Part shown: positions 1-9,964 of the stretch, one piece after another
Position numbering within the stretch: position 1 is the stretch's first letter
How the letters are laid out: each line of letters opens with the position of its first letter
Source: Candidatus Latescibacterota bacterium
Lineage (GTDB): Bacteria; Latescibacterota; UBA2968; UBA8231
Direction of reading: 5' to 3'
Assembly (NCBI GenBank): GCA_963422735.1
Contig: OY730476.1
Location: 1,760,001 to 1,824,000, forward strand
DNA: 64,000 nucleotides
Made by a program: the position numbers and the translations under genes
The notes under the pieces: generated by a model
Database searches by the model: none
What the model saw: only the letters and a program-made list of their open reading frames with translations
Told to the model about the DNA's origin: nothing

Positions 1-558
1 ATCGCCTTCGGTCGCGTGGCTGTCGTCGTTTGCAAATCCCCACAGACGTCTTCCCGCGCTCAGCAGCATGTCCCAGCGATTCGTCGCGTAGGGGCTGCCC
101 TCCAAGCGGCTGATCACGCCGTTGTATATCTCCAAGCCCACATAGCCCTCGCAGGTCTGTAAAAGCTCCTGCGGACAATGGTTGAAATTGCCGCGCCAGT
201 TGGGATGGTTAAAAAGAACGAATCCACCACCCGACTCGTTGGCCTTGTCGATTACTTGCTGCCGATCCGCATGCGGCGCGACCCACGCTGCGGCCCCTAC
301 GTGCAAAACGTGCGGGCCGTTGGCTGTAATCTCATTGCCCGGCACCAAGATCATCCCTTGGGCGTCGTATTGCTCGTACTCTTCTAAGGACGTATAGATG
401 TCGTGGTCGGTGATTGACAAGAAGCCGTAGCCGCGGCCCGCGTAGTCGTCGATTACCGCCTGGTGGGTGCGCTCGCCGTCGCTGGCGGTGGTGTGTGCGT
501 GCAGGTTGCCGACTAGCCAGCGTCCTCCGCGCAAATTCTGGTAGGGATGTTCGATCAT
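1..558 (-). CDS. PHP-domain metallohydrolase (CehA/McbA-like), partial, runs off window start
   Basis: Manual translation from ATG at 558: MIEHPYQNLRGGRWLVGNLHAHTTASDG...LSITDHD; PHP motifs HxH..SDG and TDHD; not in ORF track because no stop in window. Confidence 0.8.
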   Translation of the reverse strand, partial: MIEHPYQNLRGGRWLVGNLHAHTTASDGERTHQAVIDDYAGRGYGFLSITDHDIYTSLEEYEQYDAQGMILVPGNEITANGPHVLHVGAAAWVAPHADRQQVIDKANESGGGFVLFNHPNWRGNFNHCPQELLQTCEGYVGLEIYNGVISRLEGSPYATNRWDMLLSAGRRLWGFANDDSHATEGD

Positions 559-640
559 TAAGTTTCTCCTCGGTCGGGAAGCCGCCTCAAAATACGAGAG
601 CACTCTGCGGGTGACAAGGGAAGGGCTCGCCGGGGCAGTG

Positions 641-669
641 TTGACGCGAAAAGTAAGTGGCCCTTTAAT
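641..669 (+). promoter_or_regulatory. Putative sigma70 promoter
   Basis: TTGACG-17 bp-TTTAAT in the divergent intergenic region upstream of the 999-3880 operon. Confidence 0.5.
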
Positions 670-732
670 ACAAGCTTTAAGAACACATAATTCACTGACA
701 TTACGCAGTTTGCCGCCCAATGCGTGGTTTAG

Positions 733-754
733 CCCTGCCGAAGCAGGAGTCCAG
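733..754. repeat. Degenerate REP-like palindrome (GTCATTCCCGCG..GCGGGAATCCA family)
   Basis: CCCTGCCGAAGCAGGAGTCCAG; related to copies at 3965-4124 and 23497. Confidence 0.4.
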
Positions 755-818
755 TGGGAGCCACCCGCACGGACTGGTTCGTCCGCGACAAAGCACTGCG
801 CAACGTCAGTAATTAAAA

Positions 819-992
819 TCGGAATTTCCTAGTTTACGGTTGAGGATTCAGGTCTCATTTATGCGGTTTCACTCGGCCTGCCCGTAGCCCTCGTCCGGGC
901 CAGCGCGGTACCCGGCCAGTCGCCGGGTACCCGCCGCCAAGGGGGCGGATGGGACTAACCCCTAACCACTGACCCCTAACCACTGCTTTAAA
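819..992 (+). mobile_element. MITE copy A (diverged, right TIR missing)
   Basis: TCGGAATTTCCTAG left end, shared GC-rich core, degenerate CCACTAA heptamer tail. Confidence 0.8.
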
Positions 993-998
993 ATCCCG

Positions 999-2153
999 AT
1001 GAAAATCACCGATATTCACACGCTCTCGCTTTCGCGCGCCCACGAGCCTGAGCACCAGTGGTACAGCACCACCTTCCACGTGTCCAAAGCCGACTGCTCG
1101 ATCTGCATCATCGAAACCGACGAGGGCTTGCAGGGCATCGCCGAACCTTGCGCTTACGGTGTACCGCCCGCAATCGCCGCTCGCATCGAAGAGCTCAAGC
1201 CCAGTCTCATCGGCCGCGATCCCCGCGACGAGGACCTGACGCCACACAACGAGGCGGTGCGCACCAACGACATTGCCAATGCCGGCCTCAACTGCGCGCT
1301 GTGGGATTTGCGCGGCAAGATCGCTGGCAAACCCACCGCCGACTTGCTCTGCGCGCCGGGGCAATCCCCCCTGCGCCGCCTCCGCCTTTACGCCTCCTCG
1401 GGCGTGCGCTACGACTGGGACGATCACCCCGAATCCGTTGTCGAAGAGGCAATCGGCTACGCCGAAGACGGCTTCACCGCCTACAAGATGCGCCTAGGCA
1501 CCCACTGGGCTTGGTCGGGCGTCACCGTCGATCGCTTCCTGAAAATAGCGCACCAAGTCCACGAGGCCGTGGGTGAGCGTATGGACTTAGCCCTCGATGG
1601 CAATTGTCGCCTCTCGATGGAGGAGGCGCTGCCCATTGCCGAGGCTCTCGACGAGATGAACTGGGCTTGGTTTGAGGAGCCGATCAAACGCGTACCCGCG
1701 GACTACGCCCGGCTCAACGAGGCCGTCTCCATCCCCATCACCGGCGGCGAGCCTTTTACCACTTGGGCGCAGTTTGAGCCTTTTATGGAGGTGGGAAGCT
1801 TCGGCATCGTCCAGCCCGACGCCGGCGTCTGCGGCATCGACCTCTGCATGGAAGTCGGCCACAAGGCTCACTTCGAGTACGGCGGCATACCCCTGATCCC
1901 GCACAACTGGCACAATGGCCTGATGACGATGGCCAACGCCCACATGGTCGCAGCGCTGCCTGCCCCGCGCCTAGTCGAGCTGAATATGCGGCAGGGTCCC
2001 CTACAGTGGGAGATTCTGCGCGAAAAACCGCTGATCGAAGACGGCCACCTCGTTCTGCCCGATGCCCCGGGCTTCGGAGTCGAATTGGCCGACGACCTCG
2101 AGGCGCGTTTTCCGTACATTGAAGGCTCTTGGGGCAATCCCGTACAACGCTGA
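999..2153 (+). CDS. Mandelate racemase/muconate lactonizing enzyme family (enolase superfamily)
   Basis: ALWDLRGK, KMR, LALDGN, WFEEP, TGGE, QPD, PHNW motifs. Confidence 0.9.
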   Translation: MKITDIHTLSLSRAHEPEHQWYSTTFHVSKADCSICIIETDEGLQGIAEPCAYGVPPAIAARIEELKPSLIGRDPRDEDLTPHNEAVRTNDIANAGLNCALWDLRGKIAGKPTADLLCAPGQSPLRRLRLYASSGVRYDWDDHPESVVEEAIGYAEDGFTAYKMRLGTHWAWSGVTVDRFLKIAHQVHEAVGERMDLALDGNCRLSMEEALPIAEALDEMNWAWFEEPIKRVPADYARLNEAVSIPITGGEPFTTWAQFEPFMEVGSFGIVQPDAGVCGIDLCMEVGHKAHFEYGGIPLIPHNWHNGLMTMANAHMVAALPAPRLVELNMRQGPLQWEILREKPLIEDGHLVLPDAPGFGVELADDLEARFPYIEGSWGNPVQR

Positions 2154-2159
2154 GGACTT

Positions 2160-2993
2160 ATGGTCACCGACCTCGAAAATTATCTCTTCGACCTGCACGG
2201 CTATCTGCGCTTAGAAGGAGCACTTACCGACGACGAGGTCAGAGATCTCAACGATTGCCTCGACGCCGTCCCGCCGCTAGAGCCGGGCGACTGGTACGGC
2301 CATGTCCACGCTCATACCTATGGCGCAGTGGACGGCCTCAACTTGCAGCAAATCTACGAGGCCGGCGAACCTTTTGAGCGGATGATCGACCATCCCGCTT
2401 GGATAGAGAAGGTGAAGCACTTCGTCGGTGGCGAAGGCACGTTCGACTACGCACACGGCCCGCTTTTCATCGACGAAAACTTTGCCAACTTCCGCCAGCC
2501 CGGGGAGGCGATCGGCCTGCATTCCGGCGGCTATCCGCCCATCATGCGCAACCAATTCCGCTACCACGGCGGACGCTACATCTGCGGCCAAATCAACATC
2601 CTCGTAGCGCTCACGGACATCGGTCCGGGCGACGGCGGCACCATGCTGATCCCCGGCAGCCACAAATCCAACTTCGCGCATCCCCACTTAGACCGGCATC
2701 GCATGCGGCCTGAAGGTGCCACCGTTGAGGGCATCGCCGGCGCGGTCGAGTGCCATATGGCCCGAGGCGACGCCCTACTCTTCGTCGATGGCCTTTCTCA
2801 CGGCTCGGCCCGGCGTAAAAACGCGGGCACCCGTCGGATCTTCGTCTATCGCTACGGCCCCTCTTGGGGCAACTTCCGCCACGGCTACCACCCCTCGGAC
2901 GAGTTGTTGGCGCGCCTGAAGCCCGAGCGGAGGCAGATCGTCTGGCCGCAGAGGCCCCGTCCCCAAGGGCCGCAAAGAAAGGCCGTTGAGTAG
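2160..2993 (+). CDS. Phytanoyl-CoA dioxygenase (PhyH) family protein
   Basis: [25 protein letters not shown] motifs. Confidence 0.85.
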   Translation: MVTDLENYLFDLHGYLRLEGALTDDEVRDLNDCLDAVPPLEPGDWYGHVHAHTYGAVDGLNLQQIYEAGEPFERMIDHPAWIEKVKHFVGGEGTFDYAHGPLFIDENFANFRQPGEAIGLHSGGYPPIMRNQFRYHGGRYICGQINILVALTDIGPGDGGTMLIPGSHKSNFAHPHLDRHRMRPEGATVEGIAGAVECHMARGDALLFVDGLSHGSARRKNAGTRRIFVYRYGPSWGNFRHGYHPSDELLARLKPERRQIVWPQRPRPQGPQRKAVE

Positions 2994-2998
2994 ATTCT

Positions 2999-3880
2999 AT
3001 GAAGGGCATCATCCTCGCCGGCGGCCAAGGTACTCGCCTCTATCCTTTGACCGTCTCCGTCTCCAAGCAGATCCTGCCGATCTTCGACAAGCCGATGATC
3101 TACTACCCGCTCTCAGTACTCATGCTGGCCGATATCCGCGAGATCCTCATCATCTCCGGCCCGGAGCACATCGACCTCTACCGCCAGCTCTTCGGCGACG
3201 GCGAGCGGCTGGGGCTGAGCATTGAATACGCGGTCCAACCCCGGCCCGAGGGCGTGGCCCACGCCTTTATCGCGGGGGCCGATTTCGCCGGCCGCGACCC
3301 CTGTGCCTTGATATTCGGCGACAACTTCCTCTACGGGCACGGCCTGACCGCCGTTTTGGAGCACGCCAGCCAACTGCGGGAGGGGGGATTGGTCTTCGCT
3401 TACTATGTAAAGGATCCCACGCGCTACGGAGTCGTCGAATTCGACGGGGAGGGCAACGCCATCAGCATTGAGGAGAAGCCGCAAAACCCCAAGTCCAACT
3501 ACGCCGTCATCGGCCTTTATTTTTACGACGGGGAGGTCGTTGACATCGTCCGCGGCCTCAAGCCCTCGGCCCGCGGCGAACTGGAGATTACCGATGCCAA
3601 CAACGAGTACCTGCGCCGCCAGCAACTCAAGGTCAAGGTGTTGGGGCGGGGCTTTGTTTGGCTCGACACCGGCACACACGAGAGCCTCCTAGAGGCCAGC
3701 GACTTCGTCCAAACCATCGAGCACCGGCAGGGGCTTAAAGTGGGCTGCGTCGAGGAAATAGCGTACCGCAAAGGCTACATTGGCGAGGAACAGCTCCTCC
3801 GCGTCGCCAATTACTCCCAAGACAATGCGTATTGCCTCTATCTCAAGCACCTCGTCGAACAGTCCGGGCCGACGTTCTAA
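2999..3880 (+). CDS. rfbA: Glucose-1-phosphate thymidylyltransferase
   Basis: [54 protein letters not shown]. Confidence 0.97.
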   Translation: MKGIILAGGQGTRLYPLTVSVSKQILPIFDKPMIYYPLSVLMLADIREILIISGPEHIDLYRQLFGDGERLGLSIEYAVQPRPEGVAHAFIAGADFAGRDPCALIFGDNFLYGHGLTAVLEHASQLREGGLVFAYYVKDPTRYGVVEFDGEGNAISIEEKPQNPKSNYAVIGLYFYDGEVVDIVRGLKPSARGELEITDANNEYLRRQQLKVKVLGRGFVWLDTGTHESLLEASDFVQTIEHRQGLKVGCVEEIAYRKGYIGEEQLLRVANYSQDNAYCLYLKHLVEQSGPTF

Positions 3881-3964
3881 TAGTCGCCTATTGGCCGAAT
3901 GATTTTCTCCGCACCCCCTTCCAGTTCGTATATATAGGGGGCGATGATGACCACCTTGTCGTTG

Positions 3965-4124
3965 TTGGATTGCCGCTTTCGCGGCAATGACGGAGTGATG
4001 TCCGCCGTTTCTAAGTCGGGCCGCCGCCCTCCCGTCCGTTCCGAAAAACCATCTTTCATTCCTTCGCCCCTTGTCATTCCCTTGCTTAAAGATGCAGGGG
4101 CCGGCTCTGCGGAAGCGGGAATCC
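3965..4124. repeat. Pair of REP-like palindromes
   Basis: TGGATTGCCGCTTTCGCGGCAATGAC (3966-3991) and GTCATTCC[insert]TGCGGAAGCGGGAATCC (4073-4124), approximate reverse complements. Confidence 0.6.
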
Positions 4125-4202
4125 TGTCACTATTGATCTTCCCATAGGGTTGCTTGCTTTACAACGTTGCTCTCAATGCCAATATGGAAAGGTTATAAAC
4201 CA

Positions 4203-4385
4203 ACGGAACTTCCTAGTGTACGGTTGGGGATTCCGGTTTCATGTAGGCGGTTTCACTCGGTATGCCCGTAGCCCTCGTCCGGACCAACGCGGTCCCCCGC
4301 GTCAATGTTCCGGGGCTAGTCGCCGGGTACCCGCCGCCAAGGGGGCGGATGGGACGGACCACTAACCACTAACCACTAACCACTA
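4203..4385 (+). mobile_element. MITE copy B (truncated in heptamer tail)
   Basis: ACGGAACTTCCTAG left TIR, core nearly identical to copy C, CCACTAA x~4, no right TIR. Confidence 0.85.
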
Positions 4386-4824
4386 CTATTTCGCGCAAGG
4401 TTACGCGACGATCCACCGCAGCGGCTTGGCGCAGCTTGGCGAGTGCGTAGTACTCCTCGGGCTGGTCGAAGACTTCCTGATTCACATAGTCGATGTAGCC
4501 CGCCTCGATAGCTTGGGCAGTGAAGTCGTTTTCGCGCACTTCATCGGCAAAGCAGTCGAAGAACACCCCTCGGAGCCAATCTGCTCGTGCTCGATCGTTG
4601 AGAGGAAGCCGTCACCCAAGTGCTCGTAGGTGCCGGCATATACAACCGGCCTTGCGCTCTAAGCCCCAGAAGTAGTGCAGATTGCCCGTCACCCAAGCCG
4701 TCGAGGTCGTCGCACTTGAGGGGGACATGCGCCTCTAAGCGGATATTGGCCCGTCCATTGTCGTCGTCGAAAAATCGCCAACCAGCACTTTCAAGCAACT
4801 GGTCGATTTTACGTTCATTGCCCA
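4386..4824 (-). pseudogene. Fragmented ORF of unknown function downstream of murB
   Basis: Protein-like segments in three different frames (ERKIDQLLESAGWRFF; GTYEHLGDGFLSTIEHE; VFFDCFADEVRE), ending in MITE copy B. Confidence 0.35.
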
Positions 4825-5858
4825 CCCTCCTCCACCAACACCGGCTCTCGCTCCAAACGAATCCCAAAGGTCTGTTCTACCGCGTCCCGAATTTCACTGG
4901 CCAAGTCGAGGACTTCGCGGGTCGTGCCGCCGCGATTTACCAAAGCCAGCGCGTGTCGCTCTGAGATGCCAACCTCGCCCCTTTGCAGCCCCTTGTGAAA
5001 TCCCGCTTGCTCGACGAGCCAAGCGGCGGGAACCTTAACGCCAGCCGAATCGGGAAAGTGCGGGACGCTGGGATAGCGGTCTTTTAATGCGGCAAACGCT
5101 TCGGCGTCAAGGACTGGATTTAAGAAGAAGGAGCCGACGGAGCGCGAGTTGGGGTCTTGCGGATCGATGACCATGGACTTGCGGCGGCGGAGCACGAGCA
5201 CAGCATCTCGCACAGTAGTCAAGGTCGGGCGCGCGTCGTTTACGTGCCGGCCCAACTCCGCGTAGCGGATTTGCGGCTGGCCGTCAGCATCCAAGCGATA
5301 CGTCACCGAGGTCACAATAAAGCGGTCGCGGTCGGCTCCCTTAAAGCGACTCTGGCGGTAGGCAAAGCCGCATTCGGCCGGGGCAAACGCAATTTCCTCC
5401 AAGGTCTGCCGATCGAGTGCCCGCACTTCCACGATGGTGTCTTTTACTTCTTGGCCATACGCGCCTACGTTTTGGATGGGCGTCGCACCCACCGATCCGG
5501 GGATGCCCGAAAGACACTCCACGCCGGCTAGGCCGCGCTCCACGCAGCACTGGACAAAGCCATCCCAATCCTCACCGGCCGCTACCTCAACGGTCGCGCC
5601 GGTAAATGCCATGCCGAGGAGTCCCACTTTGAGCACCAAGCCGCTATAGCCCGCGTCGGCAAAGAGCACGTTGCTGCCGCCACCGAGCACTTGCACGGGC
5701 AGGCCCTCGGCCGCCGCCCAAGTCAAGCAGGCGCGCATCTCGTCTAGGGAGGTGCTCTCGGCCAAGTAGCGCGCGGGGCCGCCGAGGCCCATAGTGGTGA
5801 GAGGGGCGAGTGGGGTATTCTCGCAGAGGATGCAGAGGATGTGGGACGGCTTTTCCAT
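4815..5858 (-). CDS. murB: UDP-N-acetylmuramate dehydrogenase
   Basis: LGGGSNVLF, GIPGSVGATPIQNVGAYG, FAYRQSRFK, SVGSFFLNP, HALALVN, LEREP; start set at MEKP. Confidence 0.96.
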   Translation of the reverse strand: MEKPSHILCILCENTPLAPLTTMGLGGPARYLAESTSLDEMRACLTWAAAEGLPVQVLGGGSNVLFADAGYSGLVLKVGLLGMAFTGATVEVAAGEDWDGFVQCCVERGLAGVECLSGIPGSVGATPIQNVGAYGQEVKDTIVEVRALDRQTLEEIAFAPAECGFAYRQSRFKGADRDRFIVTSVTYRLDADGQPQIRYAELGRHVNDARPTLTTVRDAVLVLRRRKSMVIDPQDPNSRSVGSFFLNPVLDAEAFAALKDRYPSVPHFPDSAGVKVPAAWLVEQAGFHKGLQRGEVGISERHALALVNRGGTTREVLDLASEIRDAVEQTFGIRLEREPVLVEEGGQ

Positions 5859-5953
5859 GAAGTGACGCCTCGTTTCGCACGTAGTGAGCATTTGCGTTGC
5901 ACTGCCTATATTACAGAATATAGGGTGCATACCGCACACCGCCGGAGCCTACG

Positions 5954-6424
5954 ATGGGAAAGACCCTCTATCTCGCCAGCCCTTATGGATTCTCGCCGCA
6001 TTGGAAGGAGCGGCTCCTGCCCCAGTTCGTCTCTGCATTAGAGGGATTGGGGGCTGAGGTTTGGGAGCCTTTTGCCCGCAACAATCAAGTTGACTTTTCC
6101 AAGCCGGGCTGGGCCTATACGGTTGGCCAAGCCGATCTGCGCGACGTGGTCGCGGCCGACGCGATCTTCGCCATTGTCAACGGGACGCCCCCGGACGAGG
6201 GGGTGATGGTCGAATTGGGGGCGGCCATTGCCCTCGGCAAGCCGACCTTTCTCTTTCGCGACGACTTCCGTCGCTGCACGGACTCAGAGAACTACCCCCT
6301 AAACCTGATGCTGTTCACCGGCCTGCCGGAAAATAGCTGGGAAGCGTACTACTACACATCGCTCGCGGAAATTAGCGCGCCCGACAAGGCCCTAGCGCGC
6401 TGGCTGCGGGACGAACTGAGCTGA
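5954..6424 (+). CDS. Nucleoside 2-deoxyribosyltransferase family
   Basis: LYLASP, DEGVMVELGAA, NLML motifs. Confidence 0.88.
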   Translation: MGKTLYLASPYGFSPHWKERLLPQFVSALEGLGAEVWEPFARNNQVDFSKPGWAYTVGQADLRDVVAADAIFAIVNGTPPDEGVMVELGAAIALGKPTFLFRDDFRRCTDSENYPLNLMLFTGLPENSWEAYYYTSLAEISAPDKALARWLRDELS

Positions 6425-6428
6425 CATA

Positions 6429-7730
6429 ATGCGCACAGCCATTCCCCCCCATCTGCTGCAAGACCCGGAGATTGAACTGTCCGAAAAGGTCTTGCGCTCC
6501 TGCGTTCACTGCGGCTTTTGCAATGCCACCTGCCCCACCTACCTGCTCACCGGCAACGAACTCGAAGGGCCGCGCGGCCGCATTTACCTCATCAAAAGCA
6601 TTCTCGAAGAGAGCATCCCTCCGAGCCAGCAGACGGTCGAACACATCGACAACTGCCTCGGCTGCCTCGCGTGCGAAACTACCTGCCCGAGCGGTGTGGA
6701 TTATTCGCTCCTCTTGGAAACGGCCCGGCCGCGGCTGGATCAGCTCGTCAAGCGGCCTTTAGCCGACCGCCTGCTGCGCGCCTTGCTGACGCGGATGCTG
6801 CCCTATCCCGGCCGCACGCGCTTGGCGCTCAAAATGTCTGGGGTGGGGCGCGTGTTCTCCGGCCTTATGCCCCGTGCCATGCGGCCGCTGTTGGCGATGG
6901 CCCCCAAGCGGTTGCCGCCGCCAGCCGTTGTAGCTCGGCCCGGGGTCGTGCCGGCCGAGGGTACGCCGCGGCTGCGCGTGGCCCTGCTCACCGGGTGCGT
7001 CCAACAGGTGTTAGGGCCGCAGATCAACGACGCGACCGTGCGGCTGCTGACGCGGTTGGGGGTCGAGGTGGTCATTCCGCCGGATATGGGCTGTTGCGGT
7101 GCGCTGACCTTTCACATGGGCGAGCGCCAGCACAGCCGCAAGCTAATGCAGCGCGCCATTGCGGTTTGGCATCGCGAGCTGGAAGCGGGCTTGGACGCGA
7201 TTGTGCTCAACACGTCGGGATGCGGCACGGCAATCAAAGAATACGATCACATCTTTCGCCACGATCCGCAGTGGGCGGACAAAGCCAAGGCGGTAGTGGA
7301 GCGGGTGCGGGACGTTTCCGAGGTGGTGGCGCAATTGGGATTGGGTGCGGCCAATCACGCGCCGGCCCTGAAGGTGGCTTATCACGACGCCTGTTCGCTC
7401 CAACACGGCCTGCACGTCACCGAGCCGCCAAGGCAACTGTTGAAAGCGGCGGGCTTCGAGGTCGTCGAGGTGCCCGAAGGTCATATATGCTGCGGCAGCG
7501 CGGGCACGTACAACATGCTGCGCCCACACTTGGCGCAGAAGCTGCAAGCGCGCAAAGCCGCGCACATCGCCAGCGTTGCGCCGCAGATTGTGGCTGCGGG
7601 CAACATTGGCTGCATGGAACAAATCGCCGGTCGTGTCGAAGTGCCAGTCGTCCACACCGTCGAGCTGTTGGATTGGGCGACGGGTGGCCCGCGGCCGGCG
7701 CAGGTGCCGCTAGAAACTGCCAAGCGATAG
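6429..7730 (+). CDS. glcF: Glycolate oxidase iron-sulfur subunit
   Basis: CVHCGFCNATCPTY, CLGCLACETTCPSGV, two CCG domains, AAGNIGC, HTVELLDWATGG. Confidence 0.93.
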   Translation: MRTAIPPHLLQDPEIELSEKVLRSCVHCGFCNATCPTYLLTGNELEGPRGRIYLIKSILEESIPPSQQTVEHIDNCLGCLACETTCPSGVDYSLLLETARPRLDQLVKRPLADRLLRALLTRMLPYPGRTRLALKMSGVGRVFSGLMPRAMRPLLAMAPKRLPPPAVVARPGVVPAEGTPRLRVALLTGCVQQVLGPQINDATVRLLTRLGVEVVIPPDMGCCGALTFHMGERQHSRKLMQRAIAVWHRELEAGLDAIVLNTSGCGTAIKEYDHIFRHDPQWADKAKAVVERVRDVSEVVAQLGLGAANHAPALKVAYHDACSLQHGLHVTEPPRQLLKAAGFEVVEVPEGHICCGSAGTYNMLRPHLAQKLQARKAAHIASVAPQIVAAGNIGCMEQIAGRVEVPVVHTVELLDWATGGPRPAQVPLETAKR

Positions 7731-7754
7731 ACGAATTTGCCTTTCCAAATGTTC

Positions 7755-7833
7755 TTAGAAGTGGTCTGCTTCACCGCGCCGGTCCGGGTGAAGCAGGCGC
7801 GACAGGCCGAGAGGGATTGCAGACCGCTTCTAA
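7755..7833. repeat. 79-bp mini-element bounded by 15-bp inverted repeats
   Basis: TTAGAAGTGGTCTGC ... GCAGACCGCTTCTAA (14/15), internal hairpin CTGCTTCACC/GGTGAAGCAG. Confidence 0.55.
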
Positions 7834-8020
7834 AATCCAAACGAGGAATCTCTGCCCATGCGCTCCATACTATGCGCCTTGATATGCTCGACCCGGCTTA
7901 CTTCTCATTCTGACGCTAACCCGGAAGGATTGGCGTTTGTAAAGATAGACGGCAAATTCGGGTTCACTGATCCGCCGGGAGGCTACGATTGAGCAACATG
8001 GCAACACCAAGGCTGAGCCG

Positions 8021-8100
8021 TTGCCCGCGTGGAAAAAGGCCAGCGGCTATCATCGCCGCTGGCTAGCCGAAACCCAGATCGGCCGCTACAAACAAATGCT
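8021..8100 (+). pseudogene. IS5-family (IS903-like) transposase C-terminal remnant
   Basis: WKKASGYHRRWLAETQIGRYKQ resembles the WK..SGYH.RS..ET...R.KQ motif of IS903-type transposases. Confidence 0.65.
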
Positions 8101-8202
8101 TGTTGACCATGATATTTCGGTGATTTTAGTCGAGTCACTGAGTCAAATGCTCTGGACGTTGGGCCAGCTAAAGCGCGTTGCAGGCCAGAACAGGTTTATG
8201 AG

Positions 8203-8409
8203 ACGGAATTTCCTAGTGTACGGTTGGGAATTCCGGTTTCATGTAGGCGGTATCACTCGGCTAGCCCGTAGCCCTCGTCCGGGCCAGCGCGGTCCCCCGC
8301 GTCAATGTTCCGGGGCCCGTCGCCGGGTACCCGCCGCCAAGGGGGCGGATGGGACGGACCACTAACCACTAACCACTGATTAAACAGTCCTTATTCTAGG
8401 AAAGTCCGT
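8203..8409 (+). mobile_element. MITE copy C (complete, 207 bp)
   Basis: TIRs ACGGAATTTCCTAG / CTAGGAAAGTCCGT (13/14), perfect 6-bp TSD TATGAG at 8197-8202 and 8410-8415. Confidence 0.93.
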
Positions 8410-8415
8410 TATGAG

Positions 8416-9570
8416 ATGACTTTTAGGCCATTTCTTCTTCTCGCTATTTTATGCAGCATCTTCCTCGTGTTTCCCAATGCATGTAACGGCGAAGATCCTA
8501 TGAGTAGTCCAGATAAAGACCAAATAGATTCACCATATACCATAGGCGTCTATTATTATCCCTGGTACAGCGGTGATTTTCACGGTGGCCACTATATGCG
8601 CAAAGAGCTGGTACCGCCGCAGTTGCCCATGCTCGGCGAGTACGACGATCGCAATTCCGCTGTGATCGCCCAGCATCTCAAGTGGAGCCGACAGGCCAAT
8701 ATATCGCTGTGGGTAGCGAGTTGGTGGGGTCCCGATTCTCGTGAAGATCAGACTCTGCTACAGCACATTCTGCCGCACGATGAATTAGGTGATATGCAGA
8801 TTGCGCTGTTTTATGAGACTACAGGGCGCACAAGGGAGTTTTCAGCGTTCAACCATGTCGCACCGGACATAGCCCATATTGCCGAACGCTATTTCAACTA
8901 TCCCAATTATCTGCGGATCGATGGACGTCCGGTGCTCTTTGTCTATTTGACGCGAGTACTCTCGCGCAATGGGGTGCTGGCTGAGGTGGTGGAGGCGATG
9001 CGCGTAACGGCCAGAGATGCGGGATACGATATATACATCGTCGGCGATGAGGTCTTTGGACAACCGCCGACGTCTTATGAGGCTATTGGGCTATTGGATG
9101 CCGTGACGAATTACGACGTGTACGGCAGTATGGGAGCGAAGGGTTATGCGGGACAGGCGGCAGTAGATCGGTATTATGCGGCGCAGGCAGGTTGGCGGGA
9201 ACTGGCTCATGCTGAAGAGACAGCGTTTATACCCGCTGCGACACCAGGATTTAACGACAAAGGTGTGCGCAATGGACATGAGGCTGTCTCGCGGAAGTTG
9301 AGCGAGGAAGCCGAATTTGGATCGCTACTTCGGGCGATGCTGGCACAGGCTGTAAAATATACGGATGAATCAACGGGGCGAATGCTGATGGTTACTTCGT
9401 GGAACGAGTGGCACGAGGATACACAGATTGAGCCGGTTGAAAAGGGGGAAGTGACTCGGTTGGATGGTAGCGAGACGGGGAAGGCGTTTAGTGAGGGATT
9501 GGATTACGAGGGATATGGGGAGCGGTATTTGGAAATATTAAGGGAGATTAGCTCGGAGGCAAAACTGTGA
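8416..9570 (+). CDS. Secreted GH99-like glycoside hydrolase (endo-alpha-mannosidase-like)
   Basis: Signal peptide, YYYPWY, SWWG, IDGRPVLFVY, PGFND, TSWNEWHEDTQIEP catalytic EWHE motif. Confidence 0.85.
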   Translation: MTFRPFLLLAILCSIFLVFPNACNGEDPMSSPDKDQIDSPYTIGVYYYPWYSGDFHGGHYMRKELVPPQLPMLGEYDDRNSAVIAQHLKWSRQANISLWVASWWGPDSREDQTLLQHILPHDELGDMQIALFYETTGRTREFSAFNHVAPDIAHIAERYFNYPNYLRIDGRPVLFVYLTRVLSRNGVLAEVVEAMRVTARDAGYDIYIVGDEVFGQPPTSYEAIGLLDAVTNYDVYGSMGAKGYAGQAAVDRYYAAQAGWRELAHAEETAFIPAATPGFNDKGVRNGHEAVSRKLSEEAEFGSLLRAMLAQAVKYTDESTGRMLMVTSWNEWHEDTQIEPVEKGEVTRLDGSETGKAFSEGLDYEGYGERYLEILREISSEAKL

Positions 9571-9929
9571 ACATACATCGTATCACCGCGATGGTGCCAA
9601 TAACCGATTTGGCTCAAGCGATAACCTTCTACTCGCAAAGGCTAGGTCTTCAAGTCGTCCGCCATAGAGACGAGTAGGGCCATGCCGTGCTGGAAGGCGA
9701 ACAGGGTTGCCAAGTGATGATAGACCGCTCGATACGCACGGAATCGAACGCCTCCACCGTCGTTTACTACTATACGTCCGATGTTGAAACGGTACGAGAC
9801 CGCGTGATTGCCGCTGGTCTCGTACCTGCTCCTATCGGCGTAACCTTCTACGGCATGACAGAGTTTCGAGTTCTCGATCTCGATTGAAATGAGGTCTGGG
9901 TCGGTGCAAGTGAGGCTCCCGCCACCTAA
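9567..9929 (+). pseudogene. VOC/glyoxalase family pseudogene
   Basis: MNIHRITAMVPITDLAQAITFYSQRLG...YGMTEFRVLDLD*NEVWVG; in-frame TAG 9675 and TGA 9885 (the latter at the G of DPDGN-like motif). Confidence 0.8.
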
Positions 9930-9964
9930 CAAGTCACTACCGTTGACTACCCAATCAGATTGAT

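Noticed and set aside
4150-4365. Short ORFs containing NFLVYGWEFRFH (also 8021, 55724, 58470)
   Set aside because: They are translations of the MITE sequence, not a gene family
5822-5840. 9-bp tandem duplication (ILCILC) near murB start
   Set aside because: In-frame, in a variable N-terminus, no evident consequence
6518-7882. 454-aa alternative-frame ORF over glcF and similar long shadow ORFs
   Set aside because: Arg/Ala/Pro-rich artefacts of high GC overlapping well-supported genes
8359-8378. CCACTAA tandem units or MITE copies as a CRISPR array
   Set aside because: Contiguous heptamers without spacers, copies dispersed, no cas genes
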